Assembly: GCA_037130135.1 (NCBI GenBank)
Contig: JBAXTO010000009.1
Span: forward strand, 17,276 to 81,275
Length of the DNA stretch: 64,000 nt
DNA from: Bacteroidota bacterium
Lineage (GTDB): Bacteria; Bacteroidota; Bacteroidia; Chitinophagales; CAMDFR01
Reading direction: 5' to 3'
Under the pieces are notes generated by a model, which saw only the letters and a program-made list of their open reading frames with translations, made no database searches and was not told where the DNA came from. Both the position numbers and the translations under genes were made by a program. This document shows, in pieces, positions 32,301-40,380 of this stretch; the stretch's first letter is position 1; each line of letters begins with the position of its first letter.

Positions 32301-33668
32301 TGGTTCTATGATCCAAAATCTTATTTTGAAAGAATGGCTGATGGTTTAGTAGGTCCGTATTGCTTAGCTGCAAATAACTTCGACCCTACTAAAACTCCAA
32401 CTAGAGCAGCTCCTGATGCAATTCCTTATATTGAATCACCAGGTTTCAAATGGAATAGAGTTGATCAAAATTTATCTTCACAGAATAATTTAGATGAACT
32501 AGCAAGTGTCATGTTAGTATTAACACCAGATAAATCAAAATGGAGTAGATGTATTGTTTTTGAAACAGGTGAACAACATCAATTAAACCAAGACGGATTA
32601 ATGTCTAGAGTTGGTCCAGATTATCCAATTGGTACTGCAAGTAAAAACTCCTATAAAGGTGAAATAAGAAGTTATTATTCAGTAGATAAAGATGGTAATC
32701 TAGAAGTAGGTACAGATACAGGAAGAAGTTGGTTCCCAGGTTATGCAATTAATATGGAAACAGGCGAAAGATTGAATATGGCATTTGGAGAGGCTTCTAA
32801 CTTAGCAGCTCAAAATGGTAGGGATATGATTTGGAATCCTACTGGAGATTTATATACTGACTTGAATCAAGCTTTATTTGGTGGTAAACATTATATATAT
32901 GTTTTCAAAACTAAATACGATGAAGGAGCTTCTTATCAAAGAACATTATTAGATAACTTTAACTTATATACATCACCTCCATCTACTAGACCTAATGTAC
33001 CAGTAGCATATAGACAAGTATATAAAGATATTATCTATTGCGCAATGCCATATATTACAAAAGGATTTAAATTAAAATCAATTCAAGAGGGTCTTATTCC
33101 AAATGAAGTAACGATACAAATTAGAGCAGATAAACCTTATAAGAGACAATACACAGGATTAGCTAATGATGTAGCTGATACTGCAAGTGTTTACTTCTTT
33201 AGTACTAGAGGTATGGCTCCAATTGAAAGAGATGCACCAACTGCAAAATCAGCATTAGAATTGATCAATGTAGTTCCTAATCCTTATTATGCTTATGGTG
33301 GATTTTATGAGACATCTCCAATTGATACAAGAATAAAAATCGTTAACTTACCAAATAAATGTACTGTTTCAATCTATACAATAGATGGTACTTTAGTTAA
33401 GAAATACGAAAGAGATGTTCCAGTTGAACATGGGAATATTACTAATAGTGATGGATCTCAATCAACTCAAATAGATATTTCTGATGGTGAAAAACGAAAT
33501 GATTCTAGACCTAATTTGGAAAATTCAGTGGAGTGGGATTTGAAAAACTTTAAAAATATTCCAATTTCAAGTGGTGTCTATATAATACATATTAATGCAC
33601 CAGGTATTGGCGAAAGAACATTGAAATGGTTTGGTGTAATGAGACCAACAGATTTAGATTCATTTTAA
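29346..33668 (+). CDS. very large (1440 aa) secreted/surface protein of unknown function with a Ca-binding Asp-rich repeat and a T9SS-CTD-like end
   Basis: Signal peptide (MKMKKLIVFALSIGSMLQIYASA). An Asp-rich repeat lies at nt 30483..30566 (DDDGDGLIDEGTDGIDNDANGLTDSNDP). The C-terminal ~140 aa resembles a sorting domain (VVPNPYYAYGG...KIVNLPNKCTVSIYTIDGTLV...SSGVYIIHINAPGIGERTLKWFGVMR). It starts 33 nt after the receptor gene. Confidence 0.7.
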   Translation: MKMKKLIVFALSIGSMLQIYASAPNYIRQRTTTTSSNSFKTTVADCEIGNSQFDLDINNIRTKILARGDMWWDLSNARYEVPKIDPPGSAPSVHALFAGAIWISGEDDGGNLKIAAQTYSSNGNDYFPGPLTNTGQTDNATCKVWDKHFNVYGDEIRTYLKNFGAGPSIGTSNIPANVLKWPGSRNPYLLESGLYYNGQLAPFFDYDDDCNYDPTKGDYPALFYSANRECATANNLKDSFSTNACLEPTFADQMIFWVFNDVGNIHTQSQGDAIGLQINALAFAFRTSDELNNMTFYRYNIINRSNSTLNNTYMGQWVDPDLGCYDNDYVGCDVARGLGIVYNGEITDPNCQSRGYGSEVPLLGIDYFEGPRADLRNGLDDDGDGLIDEGTDGIDNDANGLTDSNDPKEQELLGMSSFVYFNNAAGAQGDPQNASQFRNYMTGKWSDGTPITLNGTGYGGSTPTSYVYPGDPSVATQWSECNNQTSGANVTADRRFAQFSGPFTLKPGDQNNITIGVIFVRPKVGAYPCPSFSRYIGVADDKAQALFDNCFKVIRGPDAPTVLLRELDKQIILNLVNTGGNNIAESYDEIDALIVNQDPRNVADHTYTFQGYKIYQLKDGTVSTSDLNDNAKARIVSQIDIKDGISTIINFTFDAASGTNVPTVMVEGANKGLTKSFNVTSDLFADGDNRLINHKTYYFTALAYAHNDFTIIDTVSWVIDTASSIILPVTETKTQDKKYLQGNGNLSIYTAIPHIVNGNNEGTVINSKWGDSISVVRLQGQGNGGNNLSLETNTIDRILTTYATDSIRYLPGMGPVFVKVVDPLRVQEADYKIILLESYDSIDRATGIYRNSATWILLNLTSGDTVYAEKKLGDMNEQIIYYKPNGSVFDIEQWGIAVVIGQSQPVYSGKSDYIGTGYSMGAVYGALTSTISFQNPEQNWLSFIQDVDGNERENWLRCGDFIAGGTPAPATAKIYDDAYRIQSGNWFYDPKSYFERMADGLVGPYCLAANNFDPTKTPTRAAPDAIPYIESPGFKWNRVDQNLSSQNNLDELASVMLVLTPDKSKWSRCIVFETGEQHQLNQDGLMSRVGPDYPIGTASKNSYKGEIRSYYSVDKDGNLEVGTDTGRSWFPGYAINMETGERLNMAFGEASNLAAQNGRDMIWNPTGDLYTDLNQALFGGKHYIYVFKTKYDEGASYQRTLLDNFNLYTSPPSTRPNVPVAYRQVYKDIIYCAMPYITKGFKLKSIQEGLIPNEVTIQIRADKPYKRQYTGLANDVADTASVYFFSTRGMAPIERDAPTAKSALELINVVPNPYYAYGGFYETSPIDTRIKIVNLPNKCTVSIYTIDGTLVKKYERDVPVEHGNITNSDGSQSTQIDISDGEKRNDSRPNLENSVEWDLKNFKNIPISSGVYIIHINAPGIGERTLKWFGVMRPTDLDSF

Positions 33669-33689
33669 ACCCGAAAAAAATTATTTGAT

Positions 33690-34826
33690 ATGAAAAAAAT
33701 TCTAAAATATAGTTTGTGTGGTTTGCTTATAGTAGCAAGTACTTTCACTACTAAAGCAGGTAACCCAGATAGAGCGGGTGAAGCTGGTGCATATGAATTG
33801 TTAATCAACGGTTGGGCTCGTAGTTCAGGGTTATTTAGTATGAATTCGGCTAACGTAAGAGGTATTGAGGCAACAAGCATCAATACTGCTGGACTATCTT
33901 TTGTAAAAAAGACAGAAGTAAATGTAGCTTATACAAACTGGTTTACAGGAAGTGGTGTACATATTATTAATGCAGGTGTAGCACAAAATATTAAAAAGAA
34001 AAATGTTATTGCCTTAACAGTTGCTTCTTTTAATTTTGGGAATATTCAAAGAACTACTACTTTAAATCCAGAAGGTGGATTAGGAACATTCAAACCAAGT
34101 TTATTAAATATCGGGGTATCTTATGCTAGAAGCTTTTCAAGAAGTATTCATGCAGGTATTACCGTTCGAATGGTAAATGAAAGAACTTCAGATGTATCGG
34201 CTTTAGGAATGGCAATTGATGCAGGGGTTGAATATGTAGCTGGCAAAAGAGATAATTTACATTTTGGTGTATCCCTTAGAAATGTAGGTACCAATATGAG
34301 ATATTCTGGTGATGGGTTATCAATTAGAGGTGTAGCTCCTCAAGGAACTTATTCTCAATCACAAAACCTTAAATCAGAGAAATTTGGTTTACCTTCTCAA
34401 TTAAATATTGGAGTAGCTTACGATATTTATATGGGTAAAACCAAAGAAAGTGCTGTTAGTAAAACGGGTGATGAAGATGAGGATGAAATTACTAAAGAGA
34501 TACCTAAACCAAATAATAGATTAACAATATGTGGTAACTTTACTTCAAACTCTGTAGGTAAAGATCATATTGGATTAGGTGCTGAATATGCTTTTAAAGA
34601 AATGTTTATGTTGCGTGTAGCTTATAGATATGAAAAAGGGATGTTTAAAGCAACTACTTTAGATAATTCAGGTAATACCTCTATTTTTAATGGATTATCA
34701 GCTGGGCTTACCTTTGAGACTCCACTTAAAAAAGATAAACCTACACGTATAGGATTTGACTATTCATTTAGAATGACGAGAATATATTCTGGAGTACATT
34801 CCGCATCTGTGCGTTTTGTGATTTAG
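33690..34826 (+). CDS. PorV/PorQ-family-like outer-membrane beta-barrel
   Basis: Signal peptide, then AGEAGAYELLINGWARSSGLFSMNSANVRGIEATSINTAGLSF. This follows the PorV/PorQ (FadL-like) N-terminal pattern. Alternating beta-strand sequence follows, ending ...HSASVRFVI. Confidence 0.65.
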   Translation: MKKILKYSLCGLLIVASTFTTKAGNPDRAGEAGAYELLINGWARSSGLFSMNSANVRGIEATSINTAGLSFVKKTEVNVAYTNWFTGSGVHIINAGVAQNIKKKNVIALTVASFNFGNIQRTTTLNPEGGLGTFKPSLLNIGVSYARSFSRSIHAGITVRMVNERTSDVSALGMAIDAGVEYVAGKRDNLHFGVSLRNVGTNMRYSGDGLSIRGVAPQGTYSQSQNLKSEKFGLPSQLNIGVAYDIYMGKTKESAVSKTGDEDEDEITKEIPKPNNRLTICGNFTSNSVGKDHIGLGAEYAFKEMFMLRVAYRYEKGMFKATTLDNSGNTSIFNGLSAGLTFETPLKKDKPTRIGFDYSFRMTRIYSGVHSASVRFVI

Positions 34827-34853
34827 AATTAATTGAATAAATTTGCAATAAAT

Positions 34854-34890
34854 CAAACGTTTCTATTCAGGTAGAAACGTTTGTTTTTTT
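34854..34890 (+). terminator. rho-independent terminator closing the three-gene outer-membrane cluster
   Basis: Perfect 12-bp stem: caaacgtttcta (34854..34865) pairs with tagaaacgtttg (34872..34883). A 7-T run follows. Confidence 0.85.
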
Positions 34891-34910
34891 AATATGAAAT
34901 AAGAGAAATT

Positions 34911-35384
34911 ATGTCAACAGTATATTTTACAGCAGAAGGTTTAGATAAATTACAAGCTGAATTACAAGAATTAAAATCAAAAGGAAGAGCTGAAGCAGCT
35001 AAAGCCATTGCTGAAGCTAGAGCTCAAGGGGATTTAAGTGAGAATGCAGAATATGATGCTGCTAAAGAAGCGCAAGGATTATTAGAAAAGAAAATAGCTG
35101 ATTTAGAAAATTCACTAGCGAATGCTCGAATTTTAGATAATTCCAAAATAGATATTTCTAAAGTTACTATTCTTTCAAAAGTAGAATTGAAAAATTTGAA
35201 AATGAAAAAGAACTTTACCTATACTTTAGTTTCCGATGCAGAAGCAAATCTGAAAGAAAGTAAATTATCAGTTAGCTCACCTATTGGTAAAGCAATACTT
35301 GGAAAGAAAAAAGGGGATAAAGTAGAGGTGCAAGCACCTACTGGTAAGATAGAATACGAAATAGTAAAAATCTCATTGGGTTAA
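34911..35384 (+). CDS. greA: transcription elongation factor GreA
   Basis: 157 aa: GDLSENAEYDAAKE, coiled-coil N-terminus, and C-terminal SPIGKAILGKKKGD. Confidence 0.92.
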   Translation: MSTVYFTAEGLDKLQAELQELKSKGRAEAAKAIAEARAQGDLSENAEYDAAKEAQGLLEKKIADLENSLANARILDNSKIDISKVTILSKVELKNLKMKKNFTYTLVSDAEANLKESKLSVSSPIGKAILGKKKGDKVEVQAPTGKIEYEIVKISLG

Positions 35385-35385
35385 A

Positions 35386-35778
35386 ATGCCTAGTATTTTT
35401 AGCAGAATAATAAATAAAGAATTTGACTCATATATAATTGATGAAGACGAATATTTTATAGCTATTTTAGATATAATGCCATTACGTGAGGGGCATGTTT
35501 TAGTTATTCCTAAAAAAGAGATTGATAAAATATATGAATTGCCAGTACTGGAGCATCAAAAGATGTTTTTATTTGCAAGTAAAATTGCTAAAGCTATAGA
35601 ACAGACATTTCATAAAAGAATTGGTTATTCGGTAATTGGGCTAGAAGTACCTCATGCTCATTTACATTTAGTGCCTATCGAATCTGCTCAAGATATTAAC
35701 TTTAATCAACCTAAATTAGAAATTAGTAAAGAGCGTTTAAAAGAGATACAAGAACATATTATTTCAAATCTTTCTTAG
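35386..35778 (+). CDS. HIT-family (histidine triad) hydrolase
   Basis: Histidine triad motif (VPHAHLHLVP) and PLREGHVLVIPK. Confidence 0.88.
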   Translation: MPSIFSRIINKEFDSYIIDEDEYFIAILDIMPLREGHVLVIPKKEIDKIYELPVLEHQKMFLFASKIAKAIEQTFHKRIGYSVIGLEVPHAHLHLVPIESAQDINFNQPKLEISKERLKEIQEHIISNLS

Positions 35779-36355
35779 CAGATTTTATTCTTTCAGGATT
35801 TTGTTTGATAAATGAGTTCCAAGAGTTTGCTCTACCTCTTTCACTAGATATACCAGAAGATAATTGATAATGATGACATATGGCAATTGCTAATGCATCT
35901 GAAGCATCTAAATATTTAGGAGATTCATTAAATTTACAAATCCTTTGCAACATGGCTGATACTTGTTCTTTAGACGCATTTCCATTTCCGGTAATCGATT
36001 GTTTTACTTTTTTAGGAGAATATTCTACTACGGGAATATCTTTGTTTAAAGCAGCTGCCATACATACTCCTTGAGCCCGTCCTAATTTGAGCATGCTTTG
36101 CACATTTTTACCGAAAAATTGAGATTCGATAGCCATACAGTCAGGTAAAAATTCTACTATCATAGAACTTAATCGATCATAAATTTTTTTTATACGTAGC
36201 ATATGGTCTTCACTCGAATCAAAATGTATACTTCCCATAGCCAATAGTTTTATTTGCTGACCATGAACTGCAATTACCCCATACCCCATAACGATAGTTC
36301 CGGGATCAATTCCCATTATTATCATTTCTGAATTTGTAGTTTGTACCTTTGCCAC
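35759..36355 (-). CDS. ruvC: crossover junction endodeoxyribonuclease RuvC
   Basis: IIMGIDPGTIVMGYGVI (catalytic Asp), AIESQFFGKNVQSMLKLGRAQG and ASDALAIAICH. The start may be the internal Met near 36325. Confidence 0.9.
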   Translation of the reverse strand: MAKVQTTNSEMIIMGIDPGTIVMGYGVIAVHGQQIKLLAMGSIHFDSSEDHMLRIKKIYDRLSSMIVEFLPDCMAIESQFFGKNVQSMLKLGRAQGVCMAAALNKDIPVVEYSPKKVKQSITGNGNASKEQVSAMLQRICKFNESPKYLDASDALAIAICHHYQLSSGISSERGRANSWNSFIKQNPERIKSAKKDLK

Positions 36356-36356
36356 A

Positions 36357-37301
36357 ATGGAATTTATTAAAAAAAATAAATCGGTATTATTCGTAGTAAA
36401 ATTACTCTTACTTCTATTAATGTGTTATGGCATTTATTCACAATTAAAAAATATTGGAAGTACAGAAATATTTACAAAAGAAACAGTATTTTATTTACTA
36501 GATAAAAGTAAATATATGTTGCTGTTAGTTTTATTATTGATGCCATTTAATTGGTTAATAGAAGCAATGAAGTGGAGATATATATGCAAACAACACAATA
36601 TAACTATGTCATTAAAACAAGCATATGCAGCTGTTTTGTTTGGTGCTTGTGCCGGTTTTATTAGCCCAGGTAGATGGGGTGAGCCAATTGCTCGAGCCTA
36701 TTATATTGGAAAAGAAAGGATCTCTCAGAAATTATCTTTGTCACTAATCGGAATTATTTCGCAATGGATAATTACCATATTATTTGCTTTTATTGCTTTT
36801 ACTCAAATACATAATATTACCTATTCTTTTATATTTATTTTGCTATTACTTGTTAGTTTAATACTCCTTTTTATCTACTATGAGTTTATTTACATATCGG
36901 TGATAAAACGTTTTTCTTTTCTAAATCAATATCTAATTTCAGCATCATTAATACAAGATAAGTGGATAGTATTTTTAATTTCTTTATTTAGATATTCAAT
37001 TTATTCGTTGCAGTACCTTTTAATATTATCTGTATTTGTTCCTGTTTCATCTTTGTTAAAAACAGCCTATTATATTTTTGAATTATTTTTTATTCAATCA
37101 TTTTCACCCTTTCCAGGATTGATTGATTATACGGTTAAAAATAATATAGCTTTATATTTATTTAGTAATATACCTATTCAATCCATGGAGATATTGTATT
37201 CAATAACTGTTATATGGTTAATTAACCTGGTCTTACCAAGTGTTGCAGGATATGTATTGTTCTATAAAAAAATAAATACTTTTTTTAAATCAGCGAATTA
37301 A
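36357..37301 (+). CDS. multi-pass membrane protein (UPF0104 / lysyl-PG-synthase TM-region-like, flippase-like)
   Basis: 314 aa with about 8 hydrophobic segments. The family assignment rests only on overall topology and the N-terminal K-rich pattern. Confidence 0.5.
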   Translation: MEFIKKNKSVLFVVKLLLLLLMCYGIYSQLKNIGSTEIFTKETVFYLLDKSKYMLLLVLLLMPFNWLIEAMKWRYICKQHNITMSLKQAYAAVLFGACAGFISPGRWGEPIARAYYIGKERISQKLSLSLIGIISQWIITILFAFIAFTQIHNITYSFIFILLLLVSLILLFIYYEFIYISVIKRFSFLNQYLISASLIQDKWIVFLISLFRYSIYSLQYLLILSVFVPVSSLLKTAYYIFELFFIQSFSPFPGLIDYTVKNNIALYLFSNIPIQSMEILYSITVIWLINLVLPSVAGYVLFYKKINTFFKSAN

Positions 37302-39319
37302 GGAATTAAATCGATAGCGATAATGGCTACTCTTCGTTCGATGGCTGCTTTAGGATTATATACAGAATTTTTAGTGTCTAATCTATCATCACTTAATCCT
37401 GCTTGTGCTTTTTCTTCTCCAAATGGAGCTTGTACAATTTGTAAATGGCCATTTTTTAAATAGGGAATAAAAAATCCGTTATCAAATGCTTGTATATAAT
37501 TTTTTAAAGAAGCAATTCTTCTATTGGCTAAATGAATATTATACTCATTAAGTGCTAAGGGACTACAATATCCTTCTATTGTTAATTTTACTTTTTGATT
37601 TTTATTAAGTGCTTCTTTTAGTATGGTGCTAAAAAGCACTAAGTTTTTATATCCAACTTCTATGTTATTAGTATATAAGTTTTCGATATCTGCAGTGGCG
37701 GTAGGGTTTGATGTTTTATTATACCCAACTATATATTCTTTTTTTAGTTGTATATAATCATAATAGGTATTTAAATAATTTAATTCTGTTGTATCGCTCT
37801 TACTTCTTGGATTAGGGATGTCATTGTGAAAATAAACGGTAACCGGCAATAGCTTTTCTAGACGTTTAATGTTACTAGTGCTATTATTATTATTATTATT
37901 ACTAGTATCATTAGTTACGAAAATAGTTGTTGCTCTACTACTATCTTTTTTGATGTTTGATGTAATCAAGGTACTATCTATTTTTATTTTATCTTCTTTG
38001 ATTTCAACTTTAAAAATATCATTGCAACAAGATTCCCCTTTTAAAAACAAAGCACCTTTTCTATTGGATGCTAAATAACCTTTGTTAAAATTATCTTTAT
38101 TTAGATTAAAATAAATGTCGTTATAACTGCTGTTTATAGGAAGTCCTGCATTAATAATAGTACTAAAAGTATCCGCTAGTTTAGTAGCATAAAAAACATC
38201 ATAACCTCCATAGCCAAGATGCCAATCGCTACTGAAATAAAGTCTGTTTAATTTGGTATCAAAGGAAGGAGTGATTTCATTATCGATAGAATTGATTTGT
38301 TTCCCCATATTTTTGACTTCAGAAAAAGAACCATCCTCCTTTCGCTCGCAATACCATATATCAAGTTTGCCTACTCCATTTGGTCTATCTGAGCTAAAGT
38401 ATAAAGTTTTATTTGCTGCCTCAGTAGGTTGAGTATTTGTATAGTTTTTGGTATTTATATCTTCGTTTAATTTATAAGGTTGTTGCCAATAACCGTCCTT
38501 ATATTCACTAAGATATATAGCACATCTTAATTCACTTATATTTTTATTCTCACATACATTAAAATAAAAACGTAAACCATCTTCGCTAAATGATCCATTG
38601 GCAATGTTTTCTTCAAATTGATCTAGCCAATTAAAAAGTGTTTTGTTTTCTACCCATTTATCTTTATCCATTTTCATCGTATAAATGCGTGAGATAAAAT
38701 CTTTATTTTTATTTTCAACCGATGAAATTGATTCTCTTATGGAACTGAATTGATAGAACGAATCAGCTAATTCAGTAGCAGCAAATTCAGTGAATGTAGT
38801 ATTGATTTCATCGCCCATGCGTGTCACAGTGGTAGTTGATTTAGGTTGCTCATTCGCAATAGACCAAGTGGTTGCAGCGATTTCTTGAATACATTTGTTT
38901 TTATAATAATCATTGTTGCTATACCTATCCTTAAATCGTTGAAAATGATTTTTTGCAATAGTGTAATTGCCTAAATATTTAGCGGTAATACCCATCCAAA
39001 ATTCACTCAAAGGGAATTCTTTATACTTATCTACTCTTAATACTTTATCATAAAAAGAATAGGCATTTTTATAATCATTAATATTTCGAGATGCTTCAGC
39101 AAGTTTATAAGTAGCTTCTATATAGCTACTATCTGCTTCTCTAGCTTTATTGAAATAATAAAATGCAGTATAATAATCAGCATTTGCATATAATTTATCA
39201 CCTGTTTTTAAATATTGATATACTGTTTGTGCAACTATACCAGTATGTGCTAATATAAAAACCAATAGAAATAATATTCTGTATTTTAGAGTCATATGCA
39301 CATTTAAAATATTGGACAA
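37298..39319 (-). CDS. OmpA-family protein with TPR and TolB-like beta-propeller repeats (PorE-like architecture)
   Basis: N-terminal TPR-like repeats (YANADYYTAFYYFNKAREADSSYIEATYKLAEA...). PD40-like repeats follow (NKTLYFSSDRPNGVGKLDIWY, NRLYFSSDWHLGYGGYDVFY). The C-terminal OmpA_C region is LTIEGYCSPLALNEYNIHLANRRIASLKNYI...AIERRVAIIAI. The likely start is Met at 39295 (MTLKYRILFLLVF). Confidence 0.7.
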   Translation of the reverse strand: MSNILNVHMTLKYRILFLLVFILAHTGIVAQTVYQYLKTGDKLYANADYYTAFYYFNKAREADSSYIEATYKLAEASRNINDYKNAYSFYDKVLRVDKYKEFPLSEFWMGITAKYLGNYTIAKNHFQRFKDRYSNNDYYKNKCIQEIAATTWSIANEQPKSTTTVTRMGDEINTTFTEFAATELADSFYQFSSIRESISSVENKNKDFISRIYTMKMDKDKWVENKTLFNWLDQFEENIANGSFSEDGLRFYFNVCENKNISELRCAIYLSEYKDGYWQQPYKLNEDINTKNYTNTQPTEAANKTLYFSSDRPNGVGKLDIWYCERKEDGSFSEVKNMGKQINSIDNEITPSFDTKLNRLYFSSDWHLGYGGYDVFYATKLADTFSTIINAGLPINSSYNDIYFNLNKDNFNKGYLASNRKGALFLKGESCCNDIFKVEIKEDKIKIDSTLITSNIKKDSSRATTIFVTNDTSNNNNNNSTSNIKRLEKLLPVTVYFHNDIPNPRSKSDTTELNYLNTYYDYIQLKKEYIVGYNKTSNPTATADIENLYTNNIEVGYKNLVLFSTILKEALNKNQKVKLTIEGYCSPLALNEYNIHLANRRIASLKNYIQAFDNGFFIPYLKNGHLQIVQAPFGEEKAQAGLSDDRLDTKNSVYNPKAAIERRVAIIAIDLIP
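37883..37900. repeat. (ATT)6 trinucleotide microsatellite inside the OmpA-family CDS
   Basis: attattattattattatt on the plus strand, which is (AAT)6 on the coding strand. It encodes the N6 run in ...DTSNNNNNNSTSN... Confidence 0.9.
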
Positions 39320-40374
39320 ATAGATTTATCTAATTTAATTTTCTTAATAGGAGCTAATACATATTGAACACTTAATTCAGTAGCACCGTAGGTATTTGTA
39401 CCTTTTAGAAAGGAAGAGGTATTAATATCATAACTAAATCCTATATTTAAAGAATTATACTCAATACCAACTAGCACAATGGCAGCATCATTCACTCTAT
39501 AAAAAGGCCCATAATACAATATAATACTGTTTTTTAAATTAGTACTTAACTGATTTTTGAAAACAAAACCAGCTACAAATTCTTGTTTACTATCTTGACG
39601 TTGATATACTAGTTGAATTTGAGTACTTGTTTTTTTACCTAAAGCAATGCCAAATTTTCCATGTATGGTATGTCGCATATTCAGTTTAATATCTGAGTTT
39701 CCTAAAAATGAATAGTTTGGTCTATTAATATGAGCTACACTATAGCCTAATTGAAAAGACCATTTTTTGTTTTTTTCAATTTGATATACTAGCCCTGAAC
39801 CTACATCTAAAACGGTGTTTTTGGCTATCCCTGCATTTTCAAAACTAGGAGCATTTGCATCATAAAATTCACCATTATACTGTGCATCAAATTGTAAAGC
39901 AGCATAACTTATTTGCTTATAGATGATGCCACTAGTAATTGCAATACCAATGGTATGAGAAATACTTTTACCAAAAGTTTTAGAATACCCAAGCGTTAGA
40001 TTTGGAAGCATAGTAGTGTATCTACTATCTCCAGCTTTATCGTAATAATACGATAGGCCTATATTAAGATTGCCAGCTTTAGCAGATTGTATTGCTTTAT
40101 ATTCTACACCTAATTTGGCTGTATTATAATTAACCGGAACATTCGCCCATTGATTTCTATAGATTCCTGAAAATCTGTAAGTGCCATTATATAAACCACA
40201 CAAAGCAGGATTTAATTGAGTAGTGCTATTATAAAATTGGCTAAAATGGATGTCTTGACTAAATGAATAAAAACTCATATATACCATAAATACTACCAGA
40301 ATTAGTTTCAAGCATTTTATTGAAACAGCTTTCGTAGCATTCTTTTGTAAATATTGATATATAATTCTATTCAT
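39304..40374 (-). CDS. PorP/SprF-family type IX secretion system membrane protein
   Basis: Family-defining N-terminus (SQDIHFSQFYNSTTQLNPALCG), 356 aa, directly downstream of a type B CTD cargo gene. Confidence 0.88.
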   Translation of the reverse strand: MNRIIYQYLQKNATKAVSIKCLKLILVVFMVYMSFYSFSQDIHFSQFYNSTTQLNPALCGLYNGTYRFSGIYRNQWANVPVNYNTAKLGVEYKAIQSAKAGNLNIGLSYYYDKAGDSRYTTMLPNLTLGYSKTFGKSISHTIGIAITSGIIYKQISYAALQFDAQYNGEFYDANAPSFENAGIAKNTVLDVGSGLVYQIEKNKKWSFQLGYSVAHINRPNYSFLGNSDIKLNMRHTIHGKFGIALGKKTSTQIQLVYQRQDSKQEFVAGFVFKNQLSTNLKNSIILYYGPFYRVNDAAIVLVGIEYNSLNIGFSYDINTSSFLKGTNTYGATELSVQYVLAPIKKIKLDKSICPIF

Positions 40375-40380
40375 TAATTA

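Noticed and set aside
25473-33668. Reading the receptor plus the following gene as a SusC/SusD polysaccharide utilisation locus.
   Set aside because: The second gene is 1440 aa (SusD-like proteins are about 500 aa), shows no SusD-like TPR features, and no glycoside hydrolases or hybrid two-component regulator lie nearby.
29346-34826. Calling the 1440-aa and 378-aa pair porU-porV.
   Set aside because: The gene order and the PorV/PorQ-like barrel are suggestive, but I could not see a gingipain/C25-type peptidase signature in the 1440-aa protein. I kept the neutral calls and left the question for HMM testing.
37883-37900. The (ATT)6 repeat as a phase-variation switch.
   Set aside because: The repeat unit is 3 nt and in frame, so slippage cannot cause on/off frameshifting. 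It is kept only as a minor length-polymorphism note.
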